Shown here piece by piece: positions 36,308 to 47,600 of a stretch of DNA of 64,000 bases. The position numbers were made by a program, and so were the translations under genes. Each line of letters begins with the position of its first letter. Positions within the stretch are counted from its first letter, which is position 1. This stretch comes from a virus: positions 1-64,000 of IMG/VR virus record IMGVR_UViG_3300018411_000639; one strand, 5' to 3'. Below the pieces are notes generated by a model. That model was given only the letters and a program-made list of their open reading frames with translations. It was not told the origin of the DNA and made no database searches.

Positions 36308-39300
36308 TCACTCTGCATCGTCATCCGTTGGGGCTTCTGAGTTATAGACCGCATCACCCGTACCGCCCGGAATGATGTTTTTGCCTCCTTTTACGCCACC
36401 AACGAAAGCCTGTCCTTCCTTATCCAACGGGAAGAGCGTCACGCAGTTATTCCACTGGAACATGTCGAACAACCCCTCAAGAATGATATTCGTTACGACT
36501 TCCCCTGCGATCCATCCGGCCACGGCACCGACCCCGGGAAGGACCGTCCCTCCGGCTAAAGCTAACCCCGTCTTGAGTACGTCAGCAGCTTGCTCTGTCG
36601 TCCTAATTGCCTTGATTGCTTTGAGTCCCGTCTGTGCTGTCTTGACGTGACTCATCAGATCCAATGACTTGATGTAGTCGGCAGAGGTGCTGATGTAGCC
36701 TTTGTAGTCCTTGAATACCTTGCCGCTCTTGACCGCCTGATAGAAGTCCTTCGATAAGGAAACACCCTTTGTTGCGCCTTCGACCGCATTTGCTGCAAAG
36801 GTCCCTGAGCGCACCCCTTGGTTGATTGTCTTGAAGGCAGAGCCGCCACCGTGAATGACGGCACTAGCTGCGCCCATCGTGAGCTTGCGGGTAAAGGAGT
36901 TGGTAGAGGCGATACCGGCCCAAGCAAACATGCTCTTGATGACGTTCCCCTTTCCGGAGTTCTGTGCGTTCGACATGTTCATCAGGCCCGGTGTGATGGT
37001 TGTAACGAAACCTCCTTGAGCACTCATGGAGTGAACGACTTTCCGGACTTCGGCGACGCCGCGGATGCCCGTGTAGGCGTCATACATGTAAAATGTATCG
37101 CAGGGTTTTACGGAAGCGTCACCCAGAAGGAGTAGGCTTCCTTGGTAGGTTTCGCTCCAACTATCAAGCAGGTTTGACACCCCAATCTTGATGGCTGCCG
37201 CTTTCCCGACATCAAAGCCTAGCTTCTCGTAAAGCCAATCCCAACCGAGATAATCCTGAGATATGGTTGTGTCAATTACCGAGGTGTGTTGTTTTGACCA
37301 ATCAATCGACTTGTCGCTGTATAGAGTAGGAGTCGATTTGAGCTCTCCGCCCAGACTGTACATGGCGACAATGTTTGTCTTTACCTCTGAAGAGGAAACC
37401 TTGATTTGGTTGTCCACGATATCACACAAGGAATCGAAGTAATGGAACTGAGAAAAAGTCTTCCCTGCCTCGTAGAGTTTTTCATCCACAATGTCGTACC
37501 GGTACTTGGCAATCCATTGCGGGAGCCCGTAGAAGACACGGCTCTCGAACTGATGGTACATCGGCTGAGCAACAAACTCAGGAACACCTTGCGCCACCAT
37601 CTGCATACAATCCCAAACTGTCTTGTTGTAGATGTTGAAGTTGATGTTCTCTTCTCCGTCAGCGCCGATCAACCATCCATTTGACCCAATGAACGGTTGG
37701 CACTTGTATTTCCCAATATAGAGGTTCTTGCAAAGATCGTATTGCGACTCTTTGGCCAAGTCCGCGAACAAGCCGTTGTTCGAGTAGATTCCGAAATGTT
37801 CGATCCCGAAAGCATTAGGTTCTCCCCACTTTTCGGATAACATGTTCCCTAGTTTATTCTTGCGGGAACGCAACAGGGACGCAATGACATCCGAGGGCTC
37901 TGACCCGAACTTGAAGGCGCCGTTCTCCTGATCCTCTTTGGTGGACACTACGTCGTTGACTAATTCCGCTCCGTCGCTTTGGGCTATGATCGTAACAATG
38001 TCCCCTGCGTCTATGTCGGAAATGACACCATTGAAGCTGATTGGCAACGACATCGGGTTACTGCCATAGCCCATTCTCAGATGGATGCGACAGCCGGGCT
38101 TTACGTTCGCCGTATCGAAGATCATGTTCTTGAGGGCAATCATATTGTCCGTCACCTGCGGGCCGCCTAGCAAACTACCTGTTAGCTTGTACCAACCCAC
38201 GACAAAGGTGTCGCTGACTGCCTCTAGCGCAGTACCGACGAGCGCATCAGGGAGGCCGGCCACCACGTTTACATTATCTGGCGCATGGTCACCGACGTTT
38301 TTGTAGAAATCCCAATAGTCGCTGATGTTGTCACTCACATAAGGAGAGGGTATCTTCGGCGCCTTTGAGATTTCGTTGTAGGCGTTGCTTACCGTGATGG
38401 ATGCGGTGTGGACAGGTTGATCGTTTTCCTGAAAGACGGATACGTCAAGCAAGGAACGGTACGTGTAGAAGTTTGACCAAAGCTTTTGTCCGTCCAACCA
38501 TTCCCCGCCATCATCCACAATCAGGAACATGAACGTAGGGAAGGCCCGAAGCAGGCGACCTCTTGCGGAGTACTCCACCATATCGACCGTCATCCGGTTG
38601 AGCAACTCATCCCCTTCGGCTTCTTCCTGAAAGACTTCTTTGTTCCAGAACTGATCCGCCTTTTCGAAGACGGGCTTGCCGAAGTTATCGAAGTTAAGCG
38701 TTCCTGTCTTCGTTCCCAACGTCTTGCCTGCATCGGTTTGACTCCATGAATAAGTGGACACCGCAGGAGAAGCGGCGACAGAAGACCCCGGCGTACCGAG
38801 GGAGCTACCGTCATAGGCTTGACCTGTCAGCTGAGCGTAGTAGGCGGTCACGTTCGGAACCCAATGGACGTTTAGACCAGTCGGATCGTTAGCGGCTCCT
38901 ACGGGGCAGTATTTCGATCCAATCGCTTCGATCGTAACAAGCCCTTGGTCGATGTAACCTTTCTTCAGGTTGCTAAAGGTGAACGCAAGTCCTTCATCAA
39001 ATGTAGCAAACCGCTTGAGCGTGGACCAGTTGTTATTCCAGTCCATGATGCCGCCGGGGTTGTTGTAGTTACGGATAGCGTTGGATGTCCCGTTACCTGT
39101 TTCGTGAATTACGATAGCCGCAACGATTGCGGGGTCCACGCCGTACTGCTGCCCCAAGGAGATGAAGGTGGACCCTCTTCCCGCCAAGACACCTCCTAGT
39201 GTTTGGTTCATCGTATCCGCAGAAACCTTACTCTTTGTTTCAACGACTCTCGGTGCAGATTCGGTTCCATCGAAGGACAGGTTGCCTGTGGCCTTCCTTG

Positions 39301-41578
39301 TGCTTGTTGTCGCACTTGTCGTGCCTCCTGACGCAAACGCACGGACACGCCCGAATTGATAATAGTTCGCCCAACTCTTCTTTCCATTCGTTACGCCTTT
39401 TTGCGGATTCATCGCTTCAACCGTGTCTTCGTTCCCGAGGTAGATAGCAAGATGCCCGTCCGAAACCAACAAATCCCCTGGTTGTAGCTCGCTTTCGGAA
39501 ATCTTTTGCACACGGGCGGCGTCGTCAACCAAACCTTGATGGTTGGTGCGATACCCAGCCGGAGCAATCCCTAGCTGAATCCACAGCCAACAAATCAGAC
39601 CCGAACAGTCAAACGAGTTTGGCCCTGCCGCACCCCAGACGTAAGGCTTCCCTCTTTGGGCTTGAGCCAAGTCGATGAAGGCTTGCGTGCTTGCGTTTGC
39701 GCTTGTACTGCCTCCGATGGCACCACCTCCGCTCGACCCTCCGCTTCCGCCTGAGCTGCCAGACCAAGTCAGTGACCCGTCATCCCCTGCGATCGCTCCT
39801 TCCGGAATCTCATCGCCCCAATCCTTGTCCGGAACGGTGAAACTGTTCGGTGTCGGCTGCACATTCTTATGCAAGGTCGAGTTGGCATCTGGGTCCATGT
39901 CCTCGTATTTCATCGGGTAGAACACGTAGAAGTCCGGATCAAGGTAGACGGAGTAGTAACCGCCCGGCCCTTTGCCGGGGATGTAAGACACCTCTTTCGG
40001 ATACTCGGTGTAACCCAGAGGAGATAAACCCTTGTTCTTCCGGAAGGCTTGGATAGCAAGGATCGCCACGTTCACTTCTTTGTAAGTTGGAAGAAAGAGG
40101 TCAGGATAAAGCTCTACATGTTTCATCAGCTGTCGCTCTATTTCGTTGTCCTGTCTTGCTTTCCTTTCGAACCCGTCGTAATCCTGTGTAATGGTGTCGG
40201 CCATCGTCCCTTTTTGATTGACCGGGGAGAAGCCTTGGATACTCTCTTGTCGTTCTTGACGGGCGTTAAAGCTGATGCACTGAATTTGTATCTGGTAAAG
40301 GTCTGGGAACTCGGGAACGGTACTGACATTGATATCGTCAATCATAAGATAAGAAGTACCCGTCAGCGAGATGAGTTCGTTCTCGACCTTCACGAACCCG
40401 AAGGAGTTGAATTTCCTGTAGGTTCTTACCAGTGTCTTCGTCATGTTCTCCAGCTGCTGGAACTTGGCGATTACCTTCGCACTGGTTGTTTCCAGTGTAA
40501 AGGTGAAGGTGGTGTCCATGCCGCCCATGAATTGCATCGTGGGCGTGGACTGGTCAGCCAACTGTATCGTCGGAAGAAGGTTGGACAGACCGAACTGCAA
40601 CTCGGTCATCTGAACATTGTCCTCGTTCGTTACGATCGTAGTGAAGCTCTTGTCTTTCAGGAGGTTCTCTCCGATGGTGTAGTCTTCATCATCCACACCG
40701 GCAAGCAGGGTTTCAGGATTCAATGCCTTGAAAACGAAAGAGCCAGTGAGACTCGACTGATCTTTCCCGACAGGTTTCAGGTAGTTCGGCTCTTTTCCGT
40801 CCGAGGACATAGCCCTCTGATAGTAGTAGCGGAACAGATCCCAATCAATGTAATCCTCGAAGAAGATGCCAGGTACTTCTATATAAGGCTCCACGTTAAA
40901 CTCTTGCATAACAAGCGTTGCCTGCAGCGTATCGGGGAACCCCGGCATGGTGTTTACCGAGAACCCTGACAGAGCGACATTGAAGATGGCGTGGGTTGTG
41001 TTCAGGAAGTCATTCACGACTGGCAAGAACGGCGTGCATTTGAATTGAGCTAACAGAGGACGAAGGCCGTCCACATAATACGGACTCTTCGGAAAAGGGG
41101 ATTCCACTTCATACCCGTTGATCTGTTCGTACCCATTGAACACGAACTGGACCACAATCTCTCTTCGGGAATAACCGTGCTTCACTTTTGTCGAACCTTC
41201 TTGTCGGATGGAAACCACACTGTCGGTGGTTGAACTGGTTCTGACGGAGATGAACTCCGGAGGGATCACCAAGGAACAATCCCCTATCCGAAGTGTAAAT
41301 TCATCCGCACCGGTTCGGTGTGGGTATTCGAGGTAGTCGTAATAGTTCGGCGGCTCAACCCGTCGCTCTGGCGTGATTCGGCGAAGTCTGTCCATTACTT
41401 TCTGCGTGTCCTCGTCCTTGATACCTGTTGCCGTGGTGTCGTTGTAGCCTGGATCGGAACCTTTGAATGTTTTCTGCTTTGGCTTTAGCTTTCCGAGGAT
41501 GTCAGACAAGGCATCTGTTGTGTCCTTGCTGACTCCGATGGAAGTTAAAAATGTGTCTAGTAGATCGTCTGCCGGCAT
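36308..41578 (-). CDS. Baseplate hub/tail-associated lysin, 1756 aa, with NlpC/P60 and glucosaminidase/lysozyme-like domains
   Basis: GKPYVWGAAGPNSFDCSGL...PGDLL...GHLAIYLG (NlpC/P60); AAIVIHETGNG...NNPGGI...IGSKY.P; hub-like RIHLRMGYG..F.GVI. Confidence 0.82.
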   Translation of the reverse strand: MPADDLLDTFLTSIGVSKDTTDALSDILGKLKPKQKTFKGSDPGYNDTTATGIKDEDTQKVMDRLRRITPERRVEPPNYYDYLEYPHRTGADEFTLRIGDCSLVIPPEFISVRTSSTTDSVVSIRQEGSTKVKHGYSRREIVVQFVFNGYEQINGYEVESPFPKSPYYVDGLRPLLAQFKCTPFLPVVNDFLNTTHAIFNVALSGFSVNTMPGFPDTLQATLVMQEFNVEPYIEVPGIFFEDYIDWDLFRYYYQRAMSSDGKEPNYLKPVGKDQSSLTGSFVFKALNPETLLAGVDDEDYTIGENLLKDKSFTTIVTNEDNVQMTELQFGLSNLLPTIQLADQSTPTMQFMGGMDTTFTFTLETTSAKVIAKFQQLENMTKTLVRTYRKFNSFGFVKVENELISLTGTSYLMIDDINVSTVPEFPDLYQIQIQCISFNARQERQESIQGFSPVNQKGTMADTITQDYDGFERKARQDNEIERQLMKHVELYPDLFLPTYKEVNVAILAIQAFRKNKGLSPLGYTEYPKEVSYIPGKGPGGYYSVYLDPDFYVFYPMKYEDMDPDANSTLHKNVQPTPNSFTVPDKDWGDEIPEGAIAGDDGSLTWSGSSGGSGGSSGGGAIGGSTSANASTQAFIDLAQAQRGKPYVWGAAGPNSFDCSGLICWLWIQLGIAPAGYRTNHQGLVDDAARVQKISESELQPGDLLVSDGHLAIYLGNEDTVEAMNPQKGVTNGKKSWANYYQFGRVRAFASGGTTSATTSTRKATGNLSFDGTESAPRVVETKSKVSADTMNQTLGGVLAGRGSTFISLGQQYGVDPAIVAAIVIHETGNGTSNAIRNYNNPGGIMDWNNNWSTLKRFATFDEGLAFTFSNLKKGYIDQGLVTIEAIGSKYCPVGAANDPTGLNVHWVPNVTAYYAQLTGQAYDGSSLGTPGSSVAASPAVSTYSWSQTDAGKTLGTKTGTLNFDNFGKPVFEKADQFWNKEVFQEEAEGDELLNRMTVDMVEYSARGRLLRAFPTFMFLIVDDGGEWLDGQKLWSNFYTYRSLLDVSVFQENDQPVHTASITVSNAYNEISKAPKIPSPYVSDNISDYWDFYKNVGDHAPDNVNVVAGLPDALVGTALEAVSDTFVVGWYKLTGSLLGGPQVTDNMIALKNMIFDTANVKPGCRIHLRMGYGSNPMSLPISFNGVISDIDAGDIVTIIAQSDGAELVNDVVSTKEDQENGAFKFGSEPSDVIASLLRSRKNKLGNMLSEKWGEPNAFGIEHFGIYSNNGLFADLAKESQYDLCKNLYIGKYKCQPFIGSNGWLIGADGEENINFNIYNKTVWDCMQMVAQGVPEFVAQPMYHQFESRVFYGLPQWIAKYRYDIVDEKLYEAGKTFSQFHYFDSLCDIVDNQIKVSSSEVKTNIVAMYSLGGELKSTPTLYSDKSIDWSKQHTSVIDTTISQDYLGWDWLYEKLGFDVGKAAAIKIGVSNLLDSWSETYQGSLLLLGDASVKPCDTFYMYDAYTGIRGVAEVRKVVHSMSAQGGFVTTITPGLMNMSNAQNSGKGNVIKSMFAWAGIASTNSFTRKLTMGAASAVIHGGGSAFKTINQGVRSGTFAANAVEGATKGVSLSKDFYQAVKSGKVFKDYKGYISTSADYIKSLDLMSHVKTAQTGLKAIKAIRTTEQAADVLKTGLALAGGTVLPGVGAVAGWIAGEVVTNIILEGLFDMFQWNNCVTLFPLDKEGQAFVGGVKGGKNIIPGGTGDAVYNSEAPTDDDAE
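38013..38028 (+). repeat. Weaker copy of the dispersed motif, ATGTCGGAAATGACAC
   Basis: 14/16 match, same orientation. Confidence 0.5.
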
Positions 41579-41601
41579 CTTTTCACTCTCCTTTTATAGG
41601 G

Positions 41602-44600
41602 TTAAAACAAACCGGATAGCTTCTCTTGCAACCAGCTGTCGCTGACTTGAGAAGTGTCGTCTTGGGTATTCAGGTTCACGTTCAAGTTCGGGCCGTTGAC
41701 TTTCTCAACCGTTCGTTTGACGGCCGATAGAACAGCGGAACTGTCTTGGCTGCCTTTTGCTTTCACATGAAACTGAACGCCTTCGTTTCCGACATAAGCT
41801 TTTCTTTCTTTGGACGAAGGAGCGATGCGTGGCGAAACCGCAGGCTTCTGGTCAAACTGTCCGTTGGAGTCGGAGGACCCGCTTCCGTTCGGACGGTGAG
41901 AAGCCTTCAGAGCAGAAGGAGGAGCAGAGAACTGCATCCCTGCAAGCAGACTGGAAAGCCCTACGGCTACACCGACCCCAATCATCGTTTTCCCGAATTT
42001 ACCCATCGGCTTGCGGGCAATTTGTTCAACGGCATCCATCCCTGCACTGGCGACACTCTTTCTTTCTCCGGCACTTTGTCCTGTCTTGCGGATTGCGTCG
42101 TTGATGTCTGAGATACCACCCATGACTTCGTCCTCAAGGCCTCGGGTATTCTGTACGGTATGCCTGTCCATCGCTTGTCTTGCTTCCTCGATGGATGCGC
42201 CGTCCAGTGCTTCGAAGTAGTGGCCGATCTGTTCCGCAGTCTTTCGGGCTGCCTGTGTGTTTCTGGCACCAGAACTTCCTGCTTCGTAGATGCCACGCAA
42301 GTCATTCATGCTGACCTCGTTGATCTTGAGTCCTGCTTGATTGCCGAAAGCGATACGCGCCTCACCTAAGCCTTGGATATTCCGTTCGCTCAGGAAAGAT
42401 TGGATGATGTCGTTGCTGTTCCAATTAAGGTACTGCATCGCTTCGTCAGACTGACTGCTTGCCAAGGTGTCGAAGTCCTCGTCCAGTTGCTTCAGGATGC
42501 CTTGGTTTTGTGTAGAGGCTTGTCTCCAAGGGGTAAGCACGGTTTCTTCTTCCACCGCTTTACTTACGTTCTGATCGTTCAGGCGTTCTGCTGCGCTCTC
42601 GTCCAGGCCTCTCACCTGCTCGGCATAGCGAGTCGTTAACTGTTCGCTTACGTCATGAAGGTTGTAGAGTTGACCTCTCGCCCCTTCTGTCCGTTGGATG
42701 ATCTTCTGAATACCGACATCCCCGCTTGAAGGAGTTGGTATTGTGTCGGAATTGACACCTTTGACGGACGCAGCGTCTCTTGCCATCACGGAGTGACGGA
42801 CTTGTTCTCGTGATTCCGCACTGGCTCCTCGTTCACGGATCTGGTCATTGAACTGACGAATCAGCGAACCGGAGTCCTTGTGTCCCCTACTTCTTAACTC
42901 TCCGGCGAACTGGCTTGTGGCTTTACCTTCGTCCGTCCCGAAGAAACTTTCCTGTGCTCTTTTTGCGATTGCATGATCGTAGCCTTCGTGAGAGAGAATC
43001 GAGGATGCGACTGTTTCTCTTAGTCGATTGGCTCTCTTCCCTCTTTTCGTTACGGTAGACTCTAATACGTCTATTTTATCAGAAGGGGACTGTGATGACA
43101 ACGTCTTCGAGGCGACCAGTGCTTCGACCTGACGAAACTGAAAAGTATCGGCATCCGTCATCGCTTCATCGACAAACTGCTGAGCCCCTTTCGTTATGAT
43201 CTCTTCACGGAAGGCAGGTACATCGCTCCTTGTTCCGATACGGAAACTCTCTTGGATCTTCTGACCAAGGACTTCCATGTCAGCCCCATAGACACGCTGT
43301 TGCTTCTTCGTCTTCGTCTCCTGAAGGACAACGAATGGCTGACGGGAGCGCTCCCCTTGGCCGTAAGATTTCACTTGGTAGATACCCGGATCGTAAACAC
43401 CCTCATTTGGCATCAAGTAATTACTCTTGTCCAAGGCTACTCCGTCGATTCGGATAGCGGAGGGTTGTTTTGCTCTCCGGATGGCTTCCTGTTTTGCTCG
43501 GATAACCTCACTGCTTCCTTCTGCTGTTTCGTTCACAACAGACTTCAGGCGATCCATCAGACCTCTGGGGTTCGGTTGACTTCGGATAAGCGGAGAGTTC
43601 CAGATTTGGGTTGCACGAGGATCTTGGAACATCTTGCTCAAGGATAACAGGGATTGATTCATCGGGATATTCATATCGACTGATCCGTTCAGAATGTCAG
43701 CTGCCACAGGAGCCGTTCCTTTCGGGAAGATCGGACCTTCCATAGCGTCGATTACGTTCTGAAGACCCATCTCATGTTCTCCGTTGGCGAGTTGCGTCAG
43801 ACCTAAGCGGTACTTCGGAACCTTGGTAAGCTCTTCCCCACCATCCTTGATATGTTTAACGTCGATCGGCTTTTGTTCGGATTCATCTGTCATCTTCAAG
43901 AGATTATCTAGGTGGACTTGATCCTCTTTGCTGTCCTTAAACACTTCCTCACCGATTTCACGCAAGACATAGTTTGGTGTGGAGATGTAACCGATAGCCC
44001 CTTTGTTGTGCTTGTTCTTGATGGCGGTTGTAACGACAGCTTCGTTGTGCAGATAATTGTCTTTCAGTTTCCCTGTCGCCGTGTCCGTAGGGAGATTCTG
44101 CTCTCCCTGGATGTATGCAGCATGACGAAGGATAGCATCCCCGGCCTCATCTTCTGGATTGGAAGATCCAAACTTGATGGAGTCACCCACGTACTCGTCG
44201 ATTGCAGCAGCCATGTGGCCGTCTTTCCCTGCATTGGTAAAAGATTGCGCCTCGTAGAGTTTACGTGTCGCTAACTCAGCGGGGTCTTGTTCGTTCAACA
44301 GGCGAACGACATTGCGACCTTTCTCTTTATCGTAGCTGGATTCTAGGTTGAGGATCATGGCCTCCATATCTCCATCGACGTCGGCGTTCCAACTATTCGC
44401 TGTGTACCCTTGAAACATGAGGGTGCGACCCTTTAGTTTGTCGTTCAAGCGGACACTGACAGCTAAGTCGGAACTGGTCTTAAATACCGGGTCACGTTTA
44501 CCTGTCCCGAAAATACCGCGCTCCCTGACGTATTCCAAGCCCGCTTTCTCGAAAGCCTCGTCTGTCGCAGCAACGTAGGCGGGGGAGTTCTTCCAGTCAC

Positions 44601-47600
44601 GGGTTGCTTTCTTCAACTCTTTCTTTGTGGCGCCGGCAATCCCTTCCCGGGAAGGGTCTCCCGCTAAGACAAGCGACCCTTGCCCATCAAGAATACCCTT
44701 TCGGATCAACTGCTCTCGGAAGGCGTTGTCGTTTGCTAATCTTTCGTTTACGACTTGATCGCCGATGTCGCGGAAGTTTACACCCATCTCTTCCAGTTGC
44801 TCACGAGAGGTCTCAAGAACATCTCCGTACCCGATGCGACCATCTGCACCTCTCAGAGTCAGGCCCTTCGTGCTCTCTTTATTGGCGAAAGACAACTCAA
44901 TGCCGTTTTCGAGATCCGCTTTCGCTTTCTCTGCGGCTACAGCCAGTGACTCTCCTTTCATCATCTCTTCTGTTACAGGTGAAGTGATGACGGTACCGTG
45001 AGCGTACCCAGAGAACGGCATACGTCCAGATAGCATGAAGCGATTCATGATGCCGTCCTTATGATTCAGTTCATTCTCAAAGGAACCCATCATATCCTTG
45101 TAGGCATCGTCCATCCGCGACTGCATCTGTTTGATGCTTTCTCCGCTTCTAACTGATTGCCCATCCTCAAGGGCTTTTGCCGAGTTAAGCAGTGAGGCGA
45201 TTTTCTTCTGAGAGTCAGAGAAGAAGACCTGTCCATCTACGGCGTGCGTGCGAACCAATGGAATAACCACATCACCGACTCGTTCCCCTGTTTCCGGGTT
45301 CTTGATGGTTATGCCGCCCAAGTTGACTCGGAACGCATCCACGCCCTCGAAGCTTCCATCGTTCTCGTTGGCTACAGAGAACAGCGTCTGCATCATTTCC
45401 TCAACACTGGCTCCACTCTTAGGGATAAGCAAGTCCTCTAGGTTTACGTCCTGAACCCCTCCGGGACTCTTCTCCCCCATTACGTGAGTAAGGGATGCCA
45501 TGATTCCTCGTAAGGACTTGGCTCCCTCTGCATATTCCGGGGACCGCTGAATAATCCGCATTCTCCGGTCAAGGATCGGCTGTGCAACTTTTTCAAACCG
45601 CTCTCCGGTGAATATACGGAACTCTGCATCGCCCACATTGGAACCCAACATCTGATTGGATTTCGGTGTGACGCTGACCCCTTTTCCTGTATCGCCTTCT
45701 GCTCCTTTTGCCGAGTGCATCTCGGACATAATCATGCGACGAACAGGTACGCGGTAGGAGTTGGCTTGTTCCATCTGGCGCATTTCGGCAGCGACTTGTC
45801 TGACCTTTTCGTCGGGACTGTCTTGGATGGCTCGCACCATATCCCTGACACCTTCTAAGTGACCGGCATCAGAGGAAGGATTTCCCTCGATAAGGAGCGT
45901 CTTCTTCCCTGCCTCATCGAGCAGGAAGTCTCCCGTCTCGCTTCGGCTGTAACGTGCGTTCCAACTTGGCAGATGTTCGTCAGCAAGGCGTTCGAACTCG
46001 CCCTCTACACCTAGTTCGTCAAAGCGTTCCGCCATGTAGTTCACGGAGCTACCTGCGACCACGGAGCCGGATAAATGCTTCCCTAGTTCGAACTTACCGA
46101 CCAAGGCTGCGTCTCCGTAAGATTCTTTCCAGACGGCCTGAACGAGGTCATCGTATTCATCGCCCAAGTCGACGGTGGATGCGACAGTCTTCTCTACGCC
46201 ACTGATGCCGAGTTTGAGCTCTCTCAGCTGACCTTCGGCAACAAACCGCGCTTCGTCACCTTCTCCGACCATCTTGCCGGGGTTCACGTACATGGCGTCG
46301 TCTGCGATTTCTCCGACCTGACCACTTGCCTTGTTGTACACGATGTCGATGGTGCTTCCGTCCAACTCACGCGTACCGATGACATCACCCGTCTTCACGA
46401 AGTCACCCGGCGAAATGGTCATTTTTGCCGTTTCAAGGTCTTTGATCTTGAAGGTGTTCAATTCGTTCTTGTTCCACAAATCCTTGCGGAGAATCGGATT
46501 GACGAGCGAATGCTGCAGGTTCGTATCCGAGTAAAGACGGAACTCTTGCATGACGGCATCGAAGTCTTCGGAAGTATACTTGCCACCAAGTCCGGCCAGA
46601 ACATCTTCCTTGCGGGATTCCGTTGCGTCCAGAGCCTGCAGCATTTCATGGGTGTGCATCTGACGCACGTTCGCCATGACCGTTCCTTCGTAACTCCCCA
46701 TACCGGCGGCTTCCATCTTTCCGTAGTAGTTCTCTGCGGCTTCTCTCGTCACGACACTTTCACCGACACGGATATTCAAGGAGTCCAGTTTGGCTTCCTT
46801 GCCGACAAGATCGTCTTTGTCAAAAGATTGGAAAGACTGGAACTGCATCTGCACCGGACGAGTGAACCCGGTCATAAAGCCATACGAGTTCATGGCGACA
46901 CGATCCAACGTGGAAACAAATCCATCCGCAACTTTGTCTTCCCTCAGGATTTGATGCGCGCCTGTGTCCAGTAGGTTTTTGAACTCTGACACGGTCTGTG
47001 CGTCCGTGATTTCTTCGCCGTAATCCACTACCTTTTGGATAAGACCTTCTCCGTAAACAAGGTTCTTGACGTACCATTCCTGAACGGCGATATCCATATC
47101 CTTCATTTTCTTCAGACTGTTGTGCCCACCGTCGGTAAGTTGCTGACTCCAATTAGCCATGTAACTTGCTACCTTTTCATCGGTTCCCCCTACGACAGGG
47201 CTGAATACTTCGTTCAGCGTTTTTCTTACGCCTTCGTCCCGTTGATAGATCGCAGGCAAGAAGTTGATGGCAGAACTCATATCGACTAGATGGTTGGATG
47301 CAACGTCCGACATGTTCGGAATGACTTTCTTCAAGGCTTGCCCACCTTCTACAACGGTCTGCACCCCACTTAATCCGGGAGCAGCTAGTATCGGCTTGCT
47401 GAAGGCGCGGTTCACGGTCGCATTGACTGCTTGGAAATCACCACGGGAAACCATATCGGCGATCCGCTTGTTCTCGTAGATGTACTGCGTCAAGGATTCA
47501 TTCAACGTATCCTGATAATGTGTCACGAGCTTACCTGTATCCTTGTCCGTGTAGGCGTTCAGGCTGCCAATGATGGACTTCTCTATCCGACCTTTCGACA

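Noticed and set aside
39700-39770. Low-complexity GC-rich stretch as a tandem DNA repeat
   Set aside because: It simply encodes a Gly/Ser linker before the NlpC/P60 domain
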